Source: Octopus sinensis (lineage: Eukaryota). From it: a stretch of DNA of 64,000 nt. Below, in pieces: positions 10,528 to 23,659 of the stretch. Within the stretch, counting starts at the first letter, position 1; each line of letters starts with the position of its first letter. Made by a program: the position numbers and the translations under genes. The notes beneath the pieces were generated by a model. That model saw only the letters and a program-made list of their open reading frames with translations, did no database searches and was not told the origin of the DNA. The stretch covers positions 28,892,001-28,956,000 of the forward strand of contig NC_043004.1 of NCBI RefSeq assembly GCF_006345805.1. The letters run 5' to 3'.

Positions 10528-11764
10528 GTAGAGGGTAGCGTTAAAGGTAGCCAATGTGCGCCCCTCTGGTTGCTCGGAAAATATCGATGTGATAGTAGAG
10601 CTCGGTCCAGACGCTCAGCAGCGTATCTGGAGTTACCATGCGAACTGCTTCAGTGATCGAAATTTTCAATTCCTCCAGGGTTGCAGGTAGTGGTGGTATG
10701 TAGACTGTGCTCTTCACGAACCCACAAAGAAAGAAATCACAAACAGTTAGATCTGGTGCCCTCGTAGGCCACTTGTAGAACACCTGATCATCCCGTCCAG
10801 CACGACAAATCCATCTGTTTCGCAAGTGCTCAGTGAGGAATCTGGCAGCGAGATGCCAGTGCGGTGGAGTACCATCTTGCTGGAAAAAGTAGTCATCACT
10901 TTCAGCAGCTAGTTGTGGAAACATCAAATTTGTCAGCATCGCCAGGTAATTTTGACCAGTAACAGCTCTTTCCTCAAAGAAGAGAAGAAAGGGGGCCATA
11001 CACTGTCCTCTCTGATACCGCAAAAACGCATAACTTTTGGTGAGTCTCGCTCAATTTCCTGGGCAGCGTGGGGATATTCAAGCCCTCCATATCCGCCTAT
11101 TGACTTTACTGTTCAAGTGAAATTTTGCTTCATCACTGAAAATGATTTTTGACAGCAGGTTATCATTGTCTTCCATTAATTGCTGGATATTCTCACAAAA
11201 TTCGAATCGCATTCCATTATCTTTCGGCTGGAGTTATGGACTAACTGCAGCTTGTAAGGGTGAAACTTTAGATGTTTGTGTTGGAGCTGGCAAACTGTGC
11301 TTTTGGGGAGGTGTAACTCTCGGCTAGCTCTTCGTACTGAATTTTGGGGGTTGTGCTCAAATTTTATTCTAACTCGATCAATAGCTTCCTCTGAGACTGA
11401 TTGTCGGCCAGAATGTTCCTTTCTCTTATCACAGATACACCCTTTCTGACTAAAATCGTTGTACCATTTCCGAATGGACTTGTGTGTAGGTAGACTCGTA
11501 TGATACTTGAGTCTGAAAGCACGTTGCACGACCACAATACTGTTTGATTTTGCAGTACACACCAGCTGCGTTGCCGTGGAGTGGCGGCCATCTTTATATT
11601 TCCTTGCACCCCTGTGGTTTTAAGGTCAAAGATGCCTAATCACCTGAAAGAAAATGAAATAACTGTTGTTAAAGAATCGGTTCACAACATGTCTATCAAT
11701 ATATTTGAATAAGTTTAAATATCATAACATCCTGAAACCAGGGAGAGTTTTTGTAGGCACCTTG
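10528..11764 (-). mobile_element. Tc1/mariner transposon relic, rosa/DD41D-like lineage, frameshifted
   Basis: N-terminal HTH ORF 11176-11562 (VVVQRAFR...SIRKWY...SVRRASRELHLPKSTV). FSDEAKFH at about 11115-11140. ORF 10541-11023 has QQDG...WPTRAPDLTVCDFFLCG. One end reads TA|CAAGGTGCC at 11764; the other end is lost at a microsatellite. Confidence 0.85.
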
Positions 11765-11781
11765 TATATATGGAAATATCA

Positions 11782-11871
<90 letters not shown>

Positions 11872-11872
11872 A

Positions 11873-11943
<71 letters not shown>

Positions 11944-11946
11944 ATA

Positions 11947-11999
<53 letters not shown>

Positions 12000-12470
12000 T
12001 ATATATATTTATATATATATATACTGCACATCCAAGTATCTTAATTTTTATATAAAATACACAGGTTTGTTTTGAGATTGCTAGTGTTAGCAATACTCGC
12101 AAAAATACAGACTGGAGTTGTAGTGCTCCAAGTGAGCTATCTACCACTTCTTAATTTCAACGGAGGCAATGCAAGCGGAAACTAGAGGAACATAATTAAG
12201 ATCCACACTCGAAAATCAAATACATACATATATTCATATATTCTTCCATACTTACAAAATGGATATATAAATTCCAGATATATAAATATAAAGATATATA
12301 TAAATAGATAAAAAATCGGGACATCACCAACGAGTGAAAAATAAGTAAACACATAATGAGAGACAAGTACGGGATAAAATACCAAAAGTTTTATCCCTCC
12401 TCAGTTATCGACTGTTAATTACTCCCCATTTCGAGCTTTGTGTGTGTGTGCGAGTGTGTGTATCATATAT

Positions 12471-12538
<68 letters not shown>

Positions 12539-12609
12539 GGAATAGAGGAACAAATTCATTTCGATCATCAACTTACGGATATTACAATTTCATATTATTT
12601 ATTAATTAT

Positions 12610-14030
12610 ACAAATAGTCACCTTCCTTGAAGAAAATAACTTGCTGCCTGACACCCAACATGGTTTCCGACCAGGAAGAAGCTCCTTAACTCAGCTCCTA
12701 CAACACTATGACTGGGTGCTGAAACGACTGCTCAACCACTCAAATGTGGAAGTCATATATCTCGACTTTGCAAAGGCCTTTGATAAAGTCGATCATGGAA
12801 TAATATGTCACAAACTGCGTGATCTTGGCATAGTTGGAAAATTGGGAGAATGGCTTCATGACTTTCTTCTGAAGGATAGAGTCAGGTGGTAGTAGCCAAT
12901 GGGGCCACTTCCATTAACACGCAAATAGTGACAGGTGTTCCGCAGGGCACTGTTTTGGGACCACTACTGTTCATAATGGCCCTCTCAGACATGCCTCTAG
13001 CCACGCAGGAGCCACGATCACAAGTTATATGCAGATGATACAGAAGTTTCACAGGCAGTACAGAACCCTGAAGACACTAAGCACCTGCAATGTGAGCTGG
13101 ACAAAATATACAAGTGGGCTGAAAAGAATAGCATGCAGTTCAATGCTGAAAAGTTTCAAGCTTTATGCTATCAACATGCAAGACTAAATGCAATACCCAA
13201 TGAATACACTGGACCTGGAGGGATTGCAATCCCAGAGGCACAATCAATGCGTGACCTGGGTATTTACATGAGTGATGACGCAACCTTACATGTACATGTT
13301 GCTAAATTGACAATGAAATGTAGACGGCTGGCCGGTTGGATTCTTAGAACCTTTAGAACAAGAGACCAAGAAACCATGATGGTCCTCTGGAGGACACTTG
13401 TCCTAAGCCACTTTGACTATTGCTCTCAGCTATGGTCACCATCCAGTGTCAAGTTGATCACAGAACTTGAGGTGATCCAACGAAGCTACACGAAGAAGAT
13501 AGCCTCTGTGCAGCATATAAGCTACTGGGAAACACTCAAGAGATTAAAACTCTATTCCTTGGAGCGTAGGCGAGAAAGATATGCCATAATATACATCTGG
13601 AAAATCCTGGAAGGACTTGTTCCAAACTTTGGCATCGAGAGTTACACAAATGCCAGAACTGGGCGCCACTGCGTGGTGCCAAGGACTCCGAATTTGCCAT
13701 CAAGATGTAGGACAAGATACTGTGATAGCCTGGGCTTCAGAGGCCCACAGCTCTTCAATATCCTCCCGAAGAACCTGAGGGACCTGCATGGGGTGGATGC
13801 GGATGTCTTTAAAGTAGGACTGGATCTCTTCCTGTCAGGTGTCCCGGATGAACCAACTTCACGGCAGGAGGTGCAGATGAGGGCAACTGCATCGAACTCT
13901 CTCATGCACCAAATGGCAGTTGCTAAAAAGCATTCGTGAAGTAAAATCATGTAGCAACACCAAATGGCGGTGCCCCAGCTTGGCCAAAGCTCATGAGCTG
14001 AAACTAGATAAAATAAAATAAATAAAAAAT
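12610..14030 (+). mobile_element. 5'-truncated CR1-group LINE (RT fragment, C-terminus, 3' UTR), frameshifted
   Basis: QHGFRPGRS and YLDFAKAFDKVDH (12641-12892), YADDT at about 13027, SLERRRERYAIIYIWKIL and RGPQLFNILP (13133-13939), (AAATA)n tail. Confidence 0.9.
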
Positions 14031-14148
14031 AGGAACATGAAAATCGAACAAAACAATGTACATCAATATGCAAATTAATAATAAAATAAAAATAACTGAT
14101 ATCCCATAGTGGGTTACCCTCATAACCCCTATCTTACTTTGTACTATA

Positions 14149-14241
<93 letters not shown>

Positions 14242-14262
14242 CTATATACATACATACATACA

Positions 14263-14321
<59 letters not shown>

Positions 14322-15038
14322 ATAAGAGGAAAAAGGACAACAAAACCAAGACACGACGAGTCTCTCAGGTCAGTTAGAGGTGAATTAGAAGTAATTAATC
14401 CCAGAAACAGTCTAAAAACTGTTTCTGGAATATCCCAGGTGATGGGTCAACAGCTCCATATACTTGGTATTCCGTCATTAGAGACAAGATATGTATGTAG
14501 GAAAGTTCCAGACATAATTCACAGTGTATAAAAGAATAAAATAGTAGAAGAAGAATAAAGAATAAAACAATAGACAGAAGAATAAAGACAGGAGAATAAA
14601 GTTCAAAGCTCATCTTATTCCATAGAGTATGGAGGTTGCTCCGTACTTCCGTGAATGTACAGGACTTTAAGTATAATTTCAGGTAAATCCAGGCAGTATT
14701 TTGAATGTTACGTTCAGATTGAAGGAATAGATGGAATCATTAGCTTGTATGAAAATGATCCACGTGGGTGTATAGTGTGAGAGAGACAGACATTATGATA
14801 GATAGATCATGAGTGCCAGTTAGTGTGTGTGTGTGTGTGTGCAGTGTATGCATAGGGACAAAAAGAGATATAGAGAGAAAATAAAACATTGAGATATTAC
14901 TAATGACCCGGACGCAAAAACACATAGAATAGAGAAAATGGTGTGTGTATCTGTGTGTGTTTGTGTGTGTGCGCGCGTGTATGAAGAATAAGAAAATGGA
15001 GATATTGAAGTTAATAAGGCCAACATAAACTCTATTTG

Positions 15039-15077
<39 letters not shown>

Positions 15078-15119
15078 GTATGTATGTCTGTATGTATATA
15101 TATATATGTATATGTGTAT

Positions 15120-15154
<35 letters not shown>

Positions 15155-15179
15155 GTATTATATATATATATATATATAT

Positions 15180-15487
15180 ATCACGTGATCACGTGACCGA
15201 CCAGTCCATCAGATGTAGTTACACATCGCTGGTGACAATGCGTTCGCATTGTTTTAGCCTTCGAATGACGCCACCCCACTGGCTAAGTGAGCAGGCCAAC
15301 AGAAGAAAGAGTGGGAGAAAGAGTGGTGAAGAGTACAGCAGGGATCACCACCCCCCCTCCCGGAGCCTCGTGGAGCTTTTAGGTGTTTTCGCTCAATAAA
15401 CACTCCCAACGCCCGGTCTGGGAATCGAAACCGCGATCCTACAACCGCGGGCCATTGCGATCCTACTAACCATTGGGCCATTGCGCT

Positions 15488-15490
<3 letters not shown>
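15180..15490 (-). mobile_element. tRNA-derived SINE
   Basis: Homologous along its length to 44600-44915; head shared with 1939 and 39928. Confidence 0.75.
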
Positions 15491-15535
<45 letters not shown>

Positions 15536-15558
15536 TTATATTATATAATATATATAAT

Positions 15559-15599
<41 letters not shown>

Positions 15600-15671
15600 A
15601 TTATATAAAAATTAGAATATATAATGAATATATATATGTGCATAGGTATATTTTACGTGCGCGTGTATGCG

Positions 15672-15735
<64 letters not shown>

Positions 15736-16295
15736 TGATATATTTATATATATATAGGTGTGTGTGTGTATCAGCGTATGTGCACGCGCGCGTGTGATTT
15801 GTATATGTAACAACTACATGTATGAATATGAATATGCATATACATATATAAATACAATTAGTCACAGTCCGGGCTGTTGGTTCTTATTGCCTCCTTAATT
15901 CATGTCCATATGTTACATAGTTTCCTTAACGAGGTCTCTGAGGGTTGCAACATCTGGCCATGCTCTAAGAAGATAATAAACACCAAGTGCCTATATGTAT
16001 ATATGTATATATGTATATATCTGTGTGTATGTGTTTGTATGTGTGCATATCTATCTATCTAAGTACGAGAATGAATGTCTGTTACAACTATTCAAAGATT
16101 GTTTTTGCATATGTCTCTACTTGGAAACTTGATAAAGGTTTTGCATCAAATACATTTTTCAAAATTCACAAATAACAGATTCTGTAACAAAAAAGAATTA
16201 TACATGAAGTAAGGAATTGTACTGAAAAAAGAAAAGAAAAAATGAATCGCCATCCGTACAAATAAATCAATTAAGTCAGCTTAGTACATGCATCG

Positions 16296-16350
<55 letters not shown>

Positions 16351-17247
16351 ACGTACACACAATTATTAGAATTGATAATTGTTACTTGCATAAGTCGTCG
16401 ACATGCAACAGCTTAAATGAAATATCAACACCATCAATCTTGATGAACTCAGAGGGGCTACAAAAGCTATGGAAACAATCTCTTCCACTAGACTTAATTA
16501 TAAGTATCTAAATTACTGAAGCTGAACCCTAGAATATTGTTCATTGGCACACGGAAAAAATTAGTTAATTAAGCTCTAACTGTAATTGTATAACAAACCA
16601 CATTTTTACAATTTTTACAAACTAATTTTTCATAAATGAATTTAAGTATATTACATTCAATTTGCTAACCTGTGTAACTCTACTCACACATTCTCAAACA
16701 CATATCCATCAGCAATTATGCTGGATAGACGAACATGAATGGAGGTAGCATGACTTAATGCCCATGTAAATTAATCAAACAGTGAAAAGGACATCAAAGA
16801 TAGCAACAAGAAGGGAAAAGAGCGATATTTATCAAAGTTACCGCTCGATACCTCTAGATGTTTTGCTAATATTTCACATCGTCAGCTACTGAACTGAGGA
16901 CAATGGCATGTTTAACCGTATAATATATAACAATTGTTAACATCATTAGTGATTAGTATATAAATCGACCGGAAATGAACAACGGAACGAAGCGATCTAA
17001 GAAAGGTAATGAAAAATACTTTCAGTGTTCTACTAAGGGATTATAAAGTTGTATACGCAACTAACTGTGATATATAGTAGATAGAGGCACATAAATCAAG
17101 GCAATATAACTTTAGTCCATCTGAAATATTTACCCGCAGAAAAAGGGTACAACGAGTCGGTATTTTGTTTCTATGTCATTGTGAATTACAGGAATGGGAA
17201 AGATGGTTTGAAACTGAGCGTGTAAGAAAATATGGAATTTTTTTTTA

Positions 17248-17312
<65 letters not shown>

Positions 17313-17331
17313 GTATATATATATATATACA

Positions 17332-17416
<85 letters not shown>

Positions 17417-17804
17417 GTATATACATACATATATCTCTATTTTTCTATCTACATATGATAGAATTCCTTCAGCCATTTGTCAATATGCATTGTCACAGAA
17501 AAAGTTATTGACACTTTTCTCTATCTAAATTTGATCTTATTAAATCAAACCATCTGAAAATGGCTATTACACTTACGAGATCATATCCTCAACTTACACC
17601 ATTTGGCTGTAAATCTAGATCCATTTCTCACAGCGAGGTTTCTGTTATCGAATTAATATCTACAATTTCGGAGTTATTTCCCTTGCTTTCGAGTTTTAGA
17701 TTTTGAACAAAAGAAGTATAATCATCTAATTACAATGAATTATTTCAGTTAGTAGTCCCTGGGTTTACCATATTACTACATTCCACCCCCACTCATACAT
17801 AGCT

Positions 17805-17844
<40 letters not shown>

Positions 17845-17959
17845 ATACATACATACATACATACATACATACATAATACATACATACATACATACATACA
17901 TACGCACACATATATACAGGAGAACTCAGTCATGGCTGTCATGCAATTCCTGAAACCAC

Positions 17960-18320
17960 ATGACCCGTAACATCTAGCCACCTAATTCCCCAGACTGCAA
18001 CCCCCTTGATTATTATGTGTAGGGTGCAGTTAAGCGAGAGACCAACAAAACTCCTTGTAACACCGAAGATAAACTGAAGGCAAGGATTATGGCAGCATTC
18101 ACCAACTTAAACAAGGAGACTGTCCAGAAGAGTTGCAAGAGATTTCGAAGTCGACTGGAGGTCGTGGTTGAAGCCAATGGCGATTTTATCGAATAAATTA
18201 TATTTTTTAATATTTCAAGATATTTTTATGCAATTTTGGTAAATATATCTGTTAAAATGAAATGTCAATGTTATTTTCATTTTCGCGTAACTTAGACGAC
18301 AATTTATTCACCGCACACTG
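17960..18320 (+). mobile_element. Tc1/mariner (maT/DD37D-like) transposase 3' relic
   Basis: Translates *PPNSPDCNPLDYYV*GAVKRETNK...RFRSRLEVVVEANGDFIE*, with both conserved Trp codons now TAG; ends CACACTGTG|TA. Confidence 0.7.
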
Positions 18321-18344
18321 TGTATATGCATACACGTACACACA

Positions 18345-18453
<109 letters not shown>

Positions 18454-18876
18454 GTCTGTATATGTAGATATCAATATTATATCTATTTATATATCTCTCT
18501 ACGTGTGTGTGTGTGTGTGTGTGTATTTATACACACACATACACATGTATGTATGTATGTATGTATGTATGTATGTATTAATTGTATTAACGTGTACAAA
18601 AACATTAAGTATGTATGTGTGTTTCCATGTGTGTGCATGTATGTATATTGATGTGTATAGAATGTCATGCCTTACACCTATACACTGGGGCACGTTCGTC
18701 GTTTTCTTCAAAGGTTAAACCTTGTGTAGTCTTTCAAGAAATATAAAAAGGTATTGAAACAGCTCTACACACAGTAATATTGACTTAGCAGAAACGTTGA
18801 TTCTGCCTCTATAACTATAGCTTTGAATGTTTCTTGACTTATGGTTTCCTCAACAATTTACGCAGATATGGAACTG

Positions 18877-18909
<33 letters not shown>

Positions 18910-18974
18910 TGTATGTATGTATGTATGTATGTATGTATGTATATATCATATATATATATATTTTATATATTTTT

Positions 18975-19129
18975 CTTTTATTCTTTTTCTTGTTTCAGTA
19001 ATTAGACTGCGGCCATGCAGGATCACCCCTTTGAAGAAGTTTCATCGAATGAATCGACCCTGGCACATTTTATTTTTGGGGCCTGTTACTTATTCTATCG
19101 TTCCCTTTTGTCAAACTGCTAGCCATGTG
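18975..19129 (-). mobile_element. 3' half of CORE-type SINE split by the LTR element
   Basis: Continuous with 23660-23890 once the LTR element and one TSD copy are removed; matches the reverse complement of 7460-7630. Confidence 0.75.
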
Positions 19130-19367
19130 TGTTATATAATCATCACAACAAACATGAACAATCAACGTCGCCCATTGTCTCCCTTGATAAAAGGACTTTC
19201 ACTTTGTTTCCCGCCAAAACAATTAACTTGTACAACAACGGCAGTCGAATAAAGTATCTTGTATCGTTAACACGTTGTTTCAGTCTCTCTCATTTTCTTA
19301 ATCTTTCATACTAAGTACTCACTACTTCCTTTAATACTCAATACATTATATATATATAACAACAACA
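19130..19367 (+). repeat. 5' LTR
   Basis: TGTTATATAAT...ATAACAACAACA, with AATAAA at about 19248; identical to 23422-23659. Confidence 0.97.
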
Positions 19368-19378
19368 TGGTGTCAGAA
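19368..19378 (+). promoter_or_regulatory. Primer binding site, tRNA-Leu(CAA)-type
   Basis: TGGTGTCAGAA directly after the 5' LTR; complementary to the ...UUCUGACACCA 3' end of metazoan tRNA-Leu(CAA). Confidence 0.8.
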
Positions 19379-19445
19379 TACTAAAAGAACCCAAAATACA
19401 GAAACCAAAGGAAAAAAGAAGTTGAAATCATACTTCAAAGACGAA

Positions 19446-20390
19446 ATGGAAAATTTACCGCATCCAAAAGACCTAGACTTTAATCAGAAAAATCTAGCCG
19501 CAGCATGGAAAAAGTGGAAAAAAGAATTCAATCTCTTTTTGATAGCAACAGAAAGTGACATGAAGCCAGACAAAGTAAAAACTTCAATGTTTTTAACTTG
19601 CATCGGTTCTAAAGGCCGAGATATCCATTCCACACTGGATTTCGATTCACCCGACGAAGAAATGAACCTTCAGACAGTAATCGAAAAATTCGATGCATAT
19701 TGTGAACCCAGGAAAAACATAACTTTCCTAAGACACAAATTCTTCACATGTGGACAAGCGGAACATCAAAAATTCGATGAGTACGTAGTAGAGTTGCGCC
19801 AAAAGGCACAACAGTGCAAATTCGGCAACCTCACAGACAGTCTCACCAAAGATATTCTGATATGTGGAATCAGAGACATGAGATTAAGAGAAAGATTATT
19901 GAGAGAACCAAATTTAGACCTACAAAAAACAATTCAAGCAGGTCAGAGTGCAGAGCAAACACGACTCCAATCAAGGATACTAAATGCCACATCCGAAACA
20001 AGAGATAACGAAATCTCGAGGGTATATAGTCAACACGACAGAAAAGGCGCCAAAACCCAAATAACCCGCCATATGCAATCCAGACATCAAAACGAACAAG
20101 GCGGAAGTGACAGAAAGCCCGCGAAGTTTCAAGCGCTAAGTCAACACTACGTCACTAACTGTCACTATTGTGGTTATAATCACAAAAGAAATAAATGCCC
20201 AGCATTTCACAAGACATGTGAAAAATGCAAGAAACAAGGACACTATGCAAAAATGTGCAAATCAAGAAAATTTGTACATAAAGTAGAGATACATACCGAC
20301 GATGAATCAGATGACGATACACATGCACTCAAAATGATCACTGCAAATAATTCCGCGTGCACAAAATCGAAAAGTTCAAGACTCCAAAAG
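19446..20390 (+). CDS. gag: Gag with tandem zinc knuckle
   Basis: MENLP...LAAAWKKWKKEF...FLRHKFF...; CHYCGYNHKRNKCPAFHKTCEKCKKQGHYAKMC, a Mag-type double Cys-His motif. Confidence 0.9.
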
Positions 20391-20394
20391 ACAT

Positions 20395-21237
20395 TTGACG
20401 GTCGAACTAAAAGTGAACAACTCGAATGTAACATTCAAAATAGATACAGGAGCAGACGTAACCGTACTGCCATTCAGAGAATATAGAAATATAATTCCAA
20501 AACCACAACTGCAAAAAACTTCAACTCGATTATCAGCTTATAATAACACAGCTATAAAAGTGCTAGGAAAATGCACAGCAGTCATTAAATACAAAGAATT
20601 ATCAAAGCAAATAAAATTCATTGTTGCAAAAACAAACTCGCACGCAGTTATAGATGCAAACACAGCTAAAGATCTGAACCTGATTCAGAGAATTTCAAAA
20701 ATAAATTCGTCGAACACAAACGACATATTAGAAAAATATGAAGACTGTTTCGGAGAAATCGGCACTTTGTCAATAACACATCATATCACAGTGGATCCAC
20801 AAATAACTCCTGTAATTCATCCACCAAGATCGGTTCCTTTTTCTATAAAAGAAAAACTCAACAAAGAATTAAAAAGAATGACAGAATTAGATATCATAAA
20901 ACCTGTTAGTGAACCTACAGACTGGGTAAATTCCCTAGTCATCGTTGAAAAAGCCAACGGAAAACTCCGACTCTGTTTAGACCCCAAGAATCTAAACAAA
21001 GCCATAAAAAGGCAACATTTCAAACTCCCTACAGCGGAGGACATTTTTGCACAAATGCATAACCCTAAATATTTTTCAAAACTCGATGCATCTAATGGAT
21101 ACTGGCAAATTCCAGTTGACGAAGAAAGCTCCCATCTTTTAACGTTCAACACACCTTTTGGAAGGTATCGCTTCACACGACTACCCTTTGGAATTCACAG
21201 CGCCAGTGAAGTTTTCCAAAAAGAATTTCAAAAATAA
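20395..21237 (+). CDS. pol: Pol part 1: aspartic protease and RT N-terminal half
   Basis: FKIDTGADVTVL; WVNSLVIVEK, LRLCLDPKNLN, FSKLDASNGYWQI, RLPFGIHSASEVFQ; frameshift at about 21225. Confidence 0.92.
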   Translation: MTVELKVNNSNVTFKIDTGADVTVLPFREYRNIIPKPQLQKTSTRLSAYNNTAIKVLGKCTAVIKYKELSKQIKFIVAKTNSHAVIDANTAKDLNLIQRISKINSSNTNDILEKYEDCFGEIGTLSITHHITVDPQITPVIHPPRSVPFSIKEKLNKELKRMTELDIIKPVSEPTDWVNSLVIVEKANGKLRLCLDPKNLNKAIKRQHFKLPTAEDIFAQMHNPKYFSKLDASNGYWQIPVDEESSHLLTFNTPFGRYRFTRLPFGIHSASEVFQKEFQK

Positions 21238-22240
21238 TAGAGGGCATAGAAGGAGCAAGAAATTCACAGGATGACATCATAATCTGGTCCAACACTTTAG
21301 AAGAACACACAAATAGACTACAACAAGTTTTCGATCGAATCCGAAAGCACGGATTAAAGTTAAATAAATCAAAGTGTATCTTCTATGAATCACAAATCAA
21401 GTACCTTGGGCATATATTAACCAGCGAAGGGATAAAACAAGATCCAAACAAGGTACAAGCAATCATTCACATGCCACTGCCAACAAGTAAAAAAGAATTA
21501 CAAAGATTCCTAGGTATGACAAATTACCTATGTAAATTTTTATCTAACTACTCCGAAGCCACAGCACCATTGCGCCAGCTTCTACAGAGTGACACGTTAT
21601 GGTCATTCGACAAACCACAAATCGAAGCAATAAAAAAGCTAAAAGAAATGATTACCAGAAAACCAGTGCTACAATTTTATGATCCAGATCTACCAATAAA
21701 AATAACTACAGATGCTAGTAAGCATGGGCTCGGAGCGATACTTGAGCAGAAACACAACGAAAGATGGCTACCTGTTTCGTTTGCATCTCGTGCAACAACT
21801 CATGCGGAACAAAACTACTGTCCGATAGAGAGCGAAGCTCTCAGTATAGTTTTCGCATGCAAGAAATTTCATCAGTTTATATACGGAACTCATTTCAGAA
21901 TCGAAAATGACCATAAACCGTTGAAGCAAATATTCAAAAAATCGATCACTAAATGCCCCCCCAGAATCCAAAGATTTCTACTAACATTACAAAGATATGA
22001 TTTTGACCTAAACCACATACCTGGTAAAGAATCAATTGTTGCAGATACCCTATCACGTGCATACCTTGAGCAAAATACTCCAGAAGTATCAGACGAAGAT
22101 ATGAAATCGCACATTCATGCAGTAATAAAAAATTACCCCATAACCGACACTAAATTAAAAGAGTATAAAGAAGCCACTGCAGACGACCCGTCTCTACAGA
22201 CACTCGTCACATATACAAGAACAGAATGGCCCCCCAAAAG
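21225..22240 (+). CDS. pol: Pol part 2: RT C-terminal half and RNase H
   Basis: ISKIIEGIEGARNSQDDIIIW (SQDD at 21264-21275), YLGH, LQRFLGMTNY, TTDASKHGLGA, ESEALSI, IENDHKPL, ADTLSR. Confidence 0.92.
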
Positions 22241-23238
22241 ACAAAATACCAATAAACATCAAACCATTCGTATCCGTTCGTGATGAAATATCAATCGTCA
22301 ATGGTCTCGTTCTAAAAGGTTCAAGAATAATTGTACCTAAGTCATTACGTGGAGAAGCTCTACAGGAAATACATACCGGACACATGGGTATCGAAAAATG
22401 CATAGAGAGAGCGAAGGAATGTATATACTGGCCCGGCATTAACGCTCAAATCAAAGACATGATTAACACATGCTCATACTGCATTGACTACAAAAATCAA
22501 CAAGCAGCCGAACCACTAATAAATCATGAAATACCTACTACACCATGGACCAAAGTGAGTACAGACGTATTTCACCTGTCTGTAAATTCGTATGTCACAA
22601 TTATTGACTATACAACAAGATTTTTTGATCTACACGAAATAAATGATTGCCAGTCAAAAACCGTAATCAAAAAATTAAAAGAAACTTTTGCTAAATTCGG
22701 AATTCCGCAAACAGTTGTAAGTGACAACGGTCCAGAATTCAATTCGGCTGAATTCAAAAAATTTGCAAAAAATTGGCATTTTCATCACACGAAGACAAGC
22801 CCGCATTATCATCAAGCGAATGGCATGGTTGAGAGAAATATACAGACAATAAAAAAGACGCTAAAAAAGGCATTCAAAAGTGACGAAGAACCTCAGTTAG
22901 CGCTCTTAGCATTACGCACGACTAAATTACAAAATGGTGCACCATCCCCTGCAAATCAAATAATGAATAGAACATTGCGAACAAATCTCCCAAACATACT
23001 ACACGACAAAATTGGTATCAGGCCTCACGAAAAGAAGAAATCAAACATTACAACAGAACTCCCAGAGTTAAAACCACACGACACGGTTAGAATTAAGTTT
23101 AACAACAATTGGTTTAGAAGGGGCAAAATAATTAAAAAACTAGAGCAACCTCGTTCATACTTAGTAATAACAGAGGAAGGAAATACAGTCAAACGAAATA
23201 GACAACATATCTTAAAACAAACGAACACGTTCGCATAA
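22240..23238 (+). CDS. pol: Pol part 3: integrase (HHCC + DDE)
   Basis: IHTGHMGIEKC...CSYC; KVSTDVF, VSDNGPEF, NGMVERNIQ; stop at 23238. Confidence 0.92.
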   Translation, partial: DKIPINIKPFVSVRDEISIVNGLVLKGSRIIVPKSLRGEALQEIHTGHMGIEKCIERAKECIYWPGINAQIKDMINTCSYCIDYKNQQAAEPLINHEIPTTPWTKVSTDVFHLSVNSYVTIIDYTTRFFDLHEINDCQSKTVIKKLKETFAKFGIPQTVVSDNGPEFNSAEFKKFAKNWHFHHTKTSPHYHQANGMVERNIQTIKKTLKKAFKSDEEPQLALLALRTTKLQNGAPSPANQIMNRTLRTNLPNILHDKIGIRPHEKKKSNITTELPELKPHDTVRIKFNNNWFRRGKIIKKLEQPRSYLVITEEGNTVKRNRQHILKQTNTFA

Positions 23239-23401
23239 CAGAAGAATTAGATTATGAAAATATATTTCCAAAGTCAACAAACACGCATGAAAAAAACAAA
23301 AACAGCACAACTACAGAATTCAACACTACAAAATAATAAAACCACAAAAAGTGGACGACGAATAATTATTCCCTGTAGATACAGATGATATAAAAAAAAT
23401 T

Positions 23402-23421
23402 AAAAAAAAAAAAAAGGAAGA
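23402..23421 (+). promoter_or_regulatory. Polypurine tract
   Basis: A-run plus GGAAGA immediately before the 3' LTR. Confidence 0.85.
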
Positions 23422-23659
23422 TGTTATATAATCATCACAACAAACATGAACAATCAACGTCGCCCATTGTCTCCCTTGATAAAAGGACTTTCACTTTGTT
23501 TCCCGCCAAAACAATTAACTTGTACAACAACGGCAGTCGAATAAAGTATCTTGTATCGTTAACACGTTGTTTCAGTCTCTCTCATTTTCTTAATCTTTCA
23601 TACTAAGTACTCACTACTTCCTTTAATACTCAATACATTATATATATATAACAACAACA
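23422..23659 (+). repeat. 3' LTR
   Basis: Identical to 19130-19367; followed by TSD ATGTG. Confidence 0.97.

Larger units (their letters stand above)
19130..23659 (+). mobile_element. Full-length Ty3/gypsy LTR retrotransposon, Mag-like clade
   Basis: Two 238-bp LTRs (TG...CA) with no difference seen by eye, 5-bp TSD ATGTG (19125-19129, 23660-23664), PBS, PPT, domain order gag-PR-RT-RH-IN, no env. Confidence 0.97.

Noticed and set aside
12360-12410. CTGAGGA plus long stem (minus strand) resembling a hammerhead
   Set aside because: GAAA is replaced by GTAC and no stem I or III pairing is evident; at best a dead relic.
19129-19314. 61-aa ORF present twice (also at 23421-23606)
   Set aside because: An incidental frame inside the identical LTRs; useful only as evidence of LTR identity.
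23238-23421. Search for an env or extra ORF after the integrase
   Set aside because: Only about 180 bp of A-rich UTR precede the PPT; there is no room for one.
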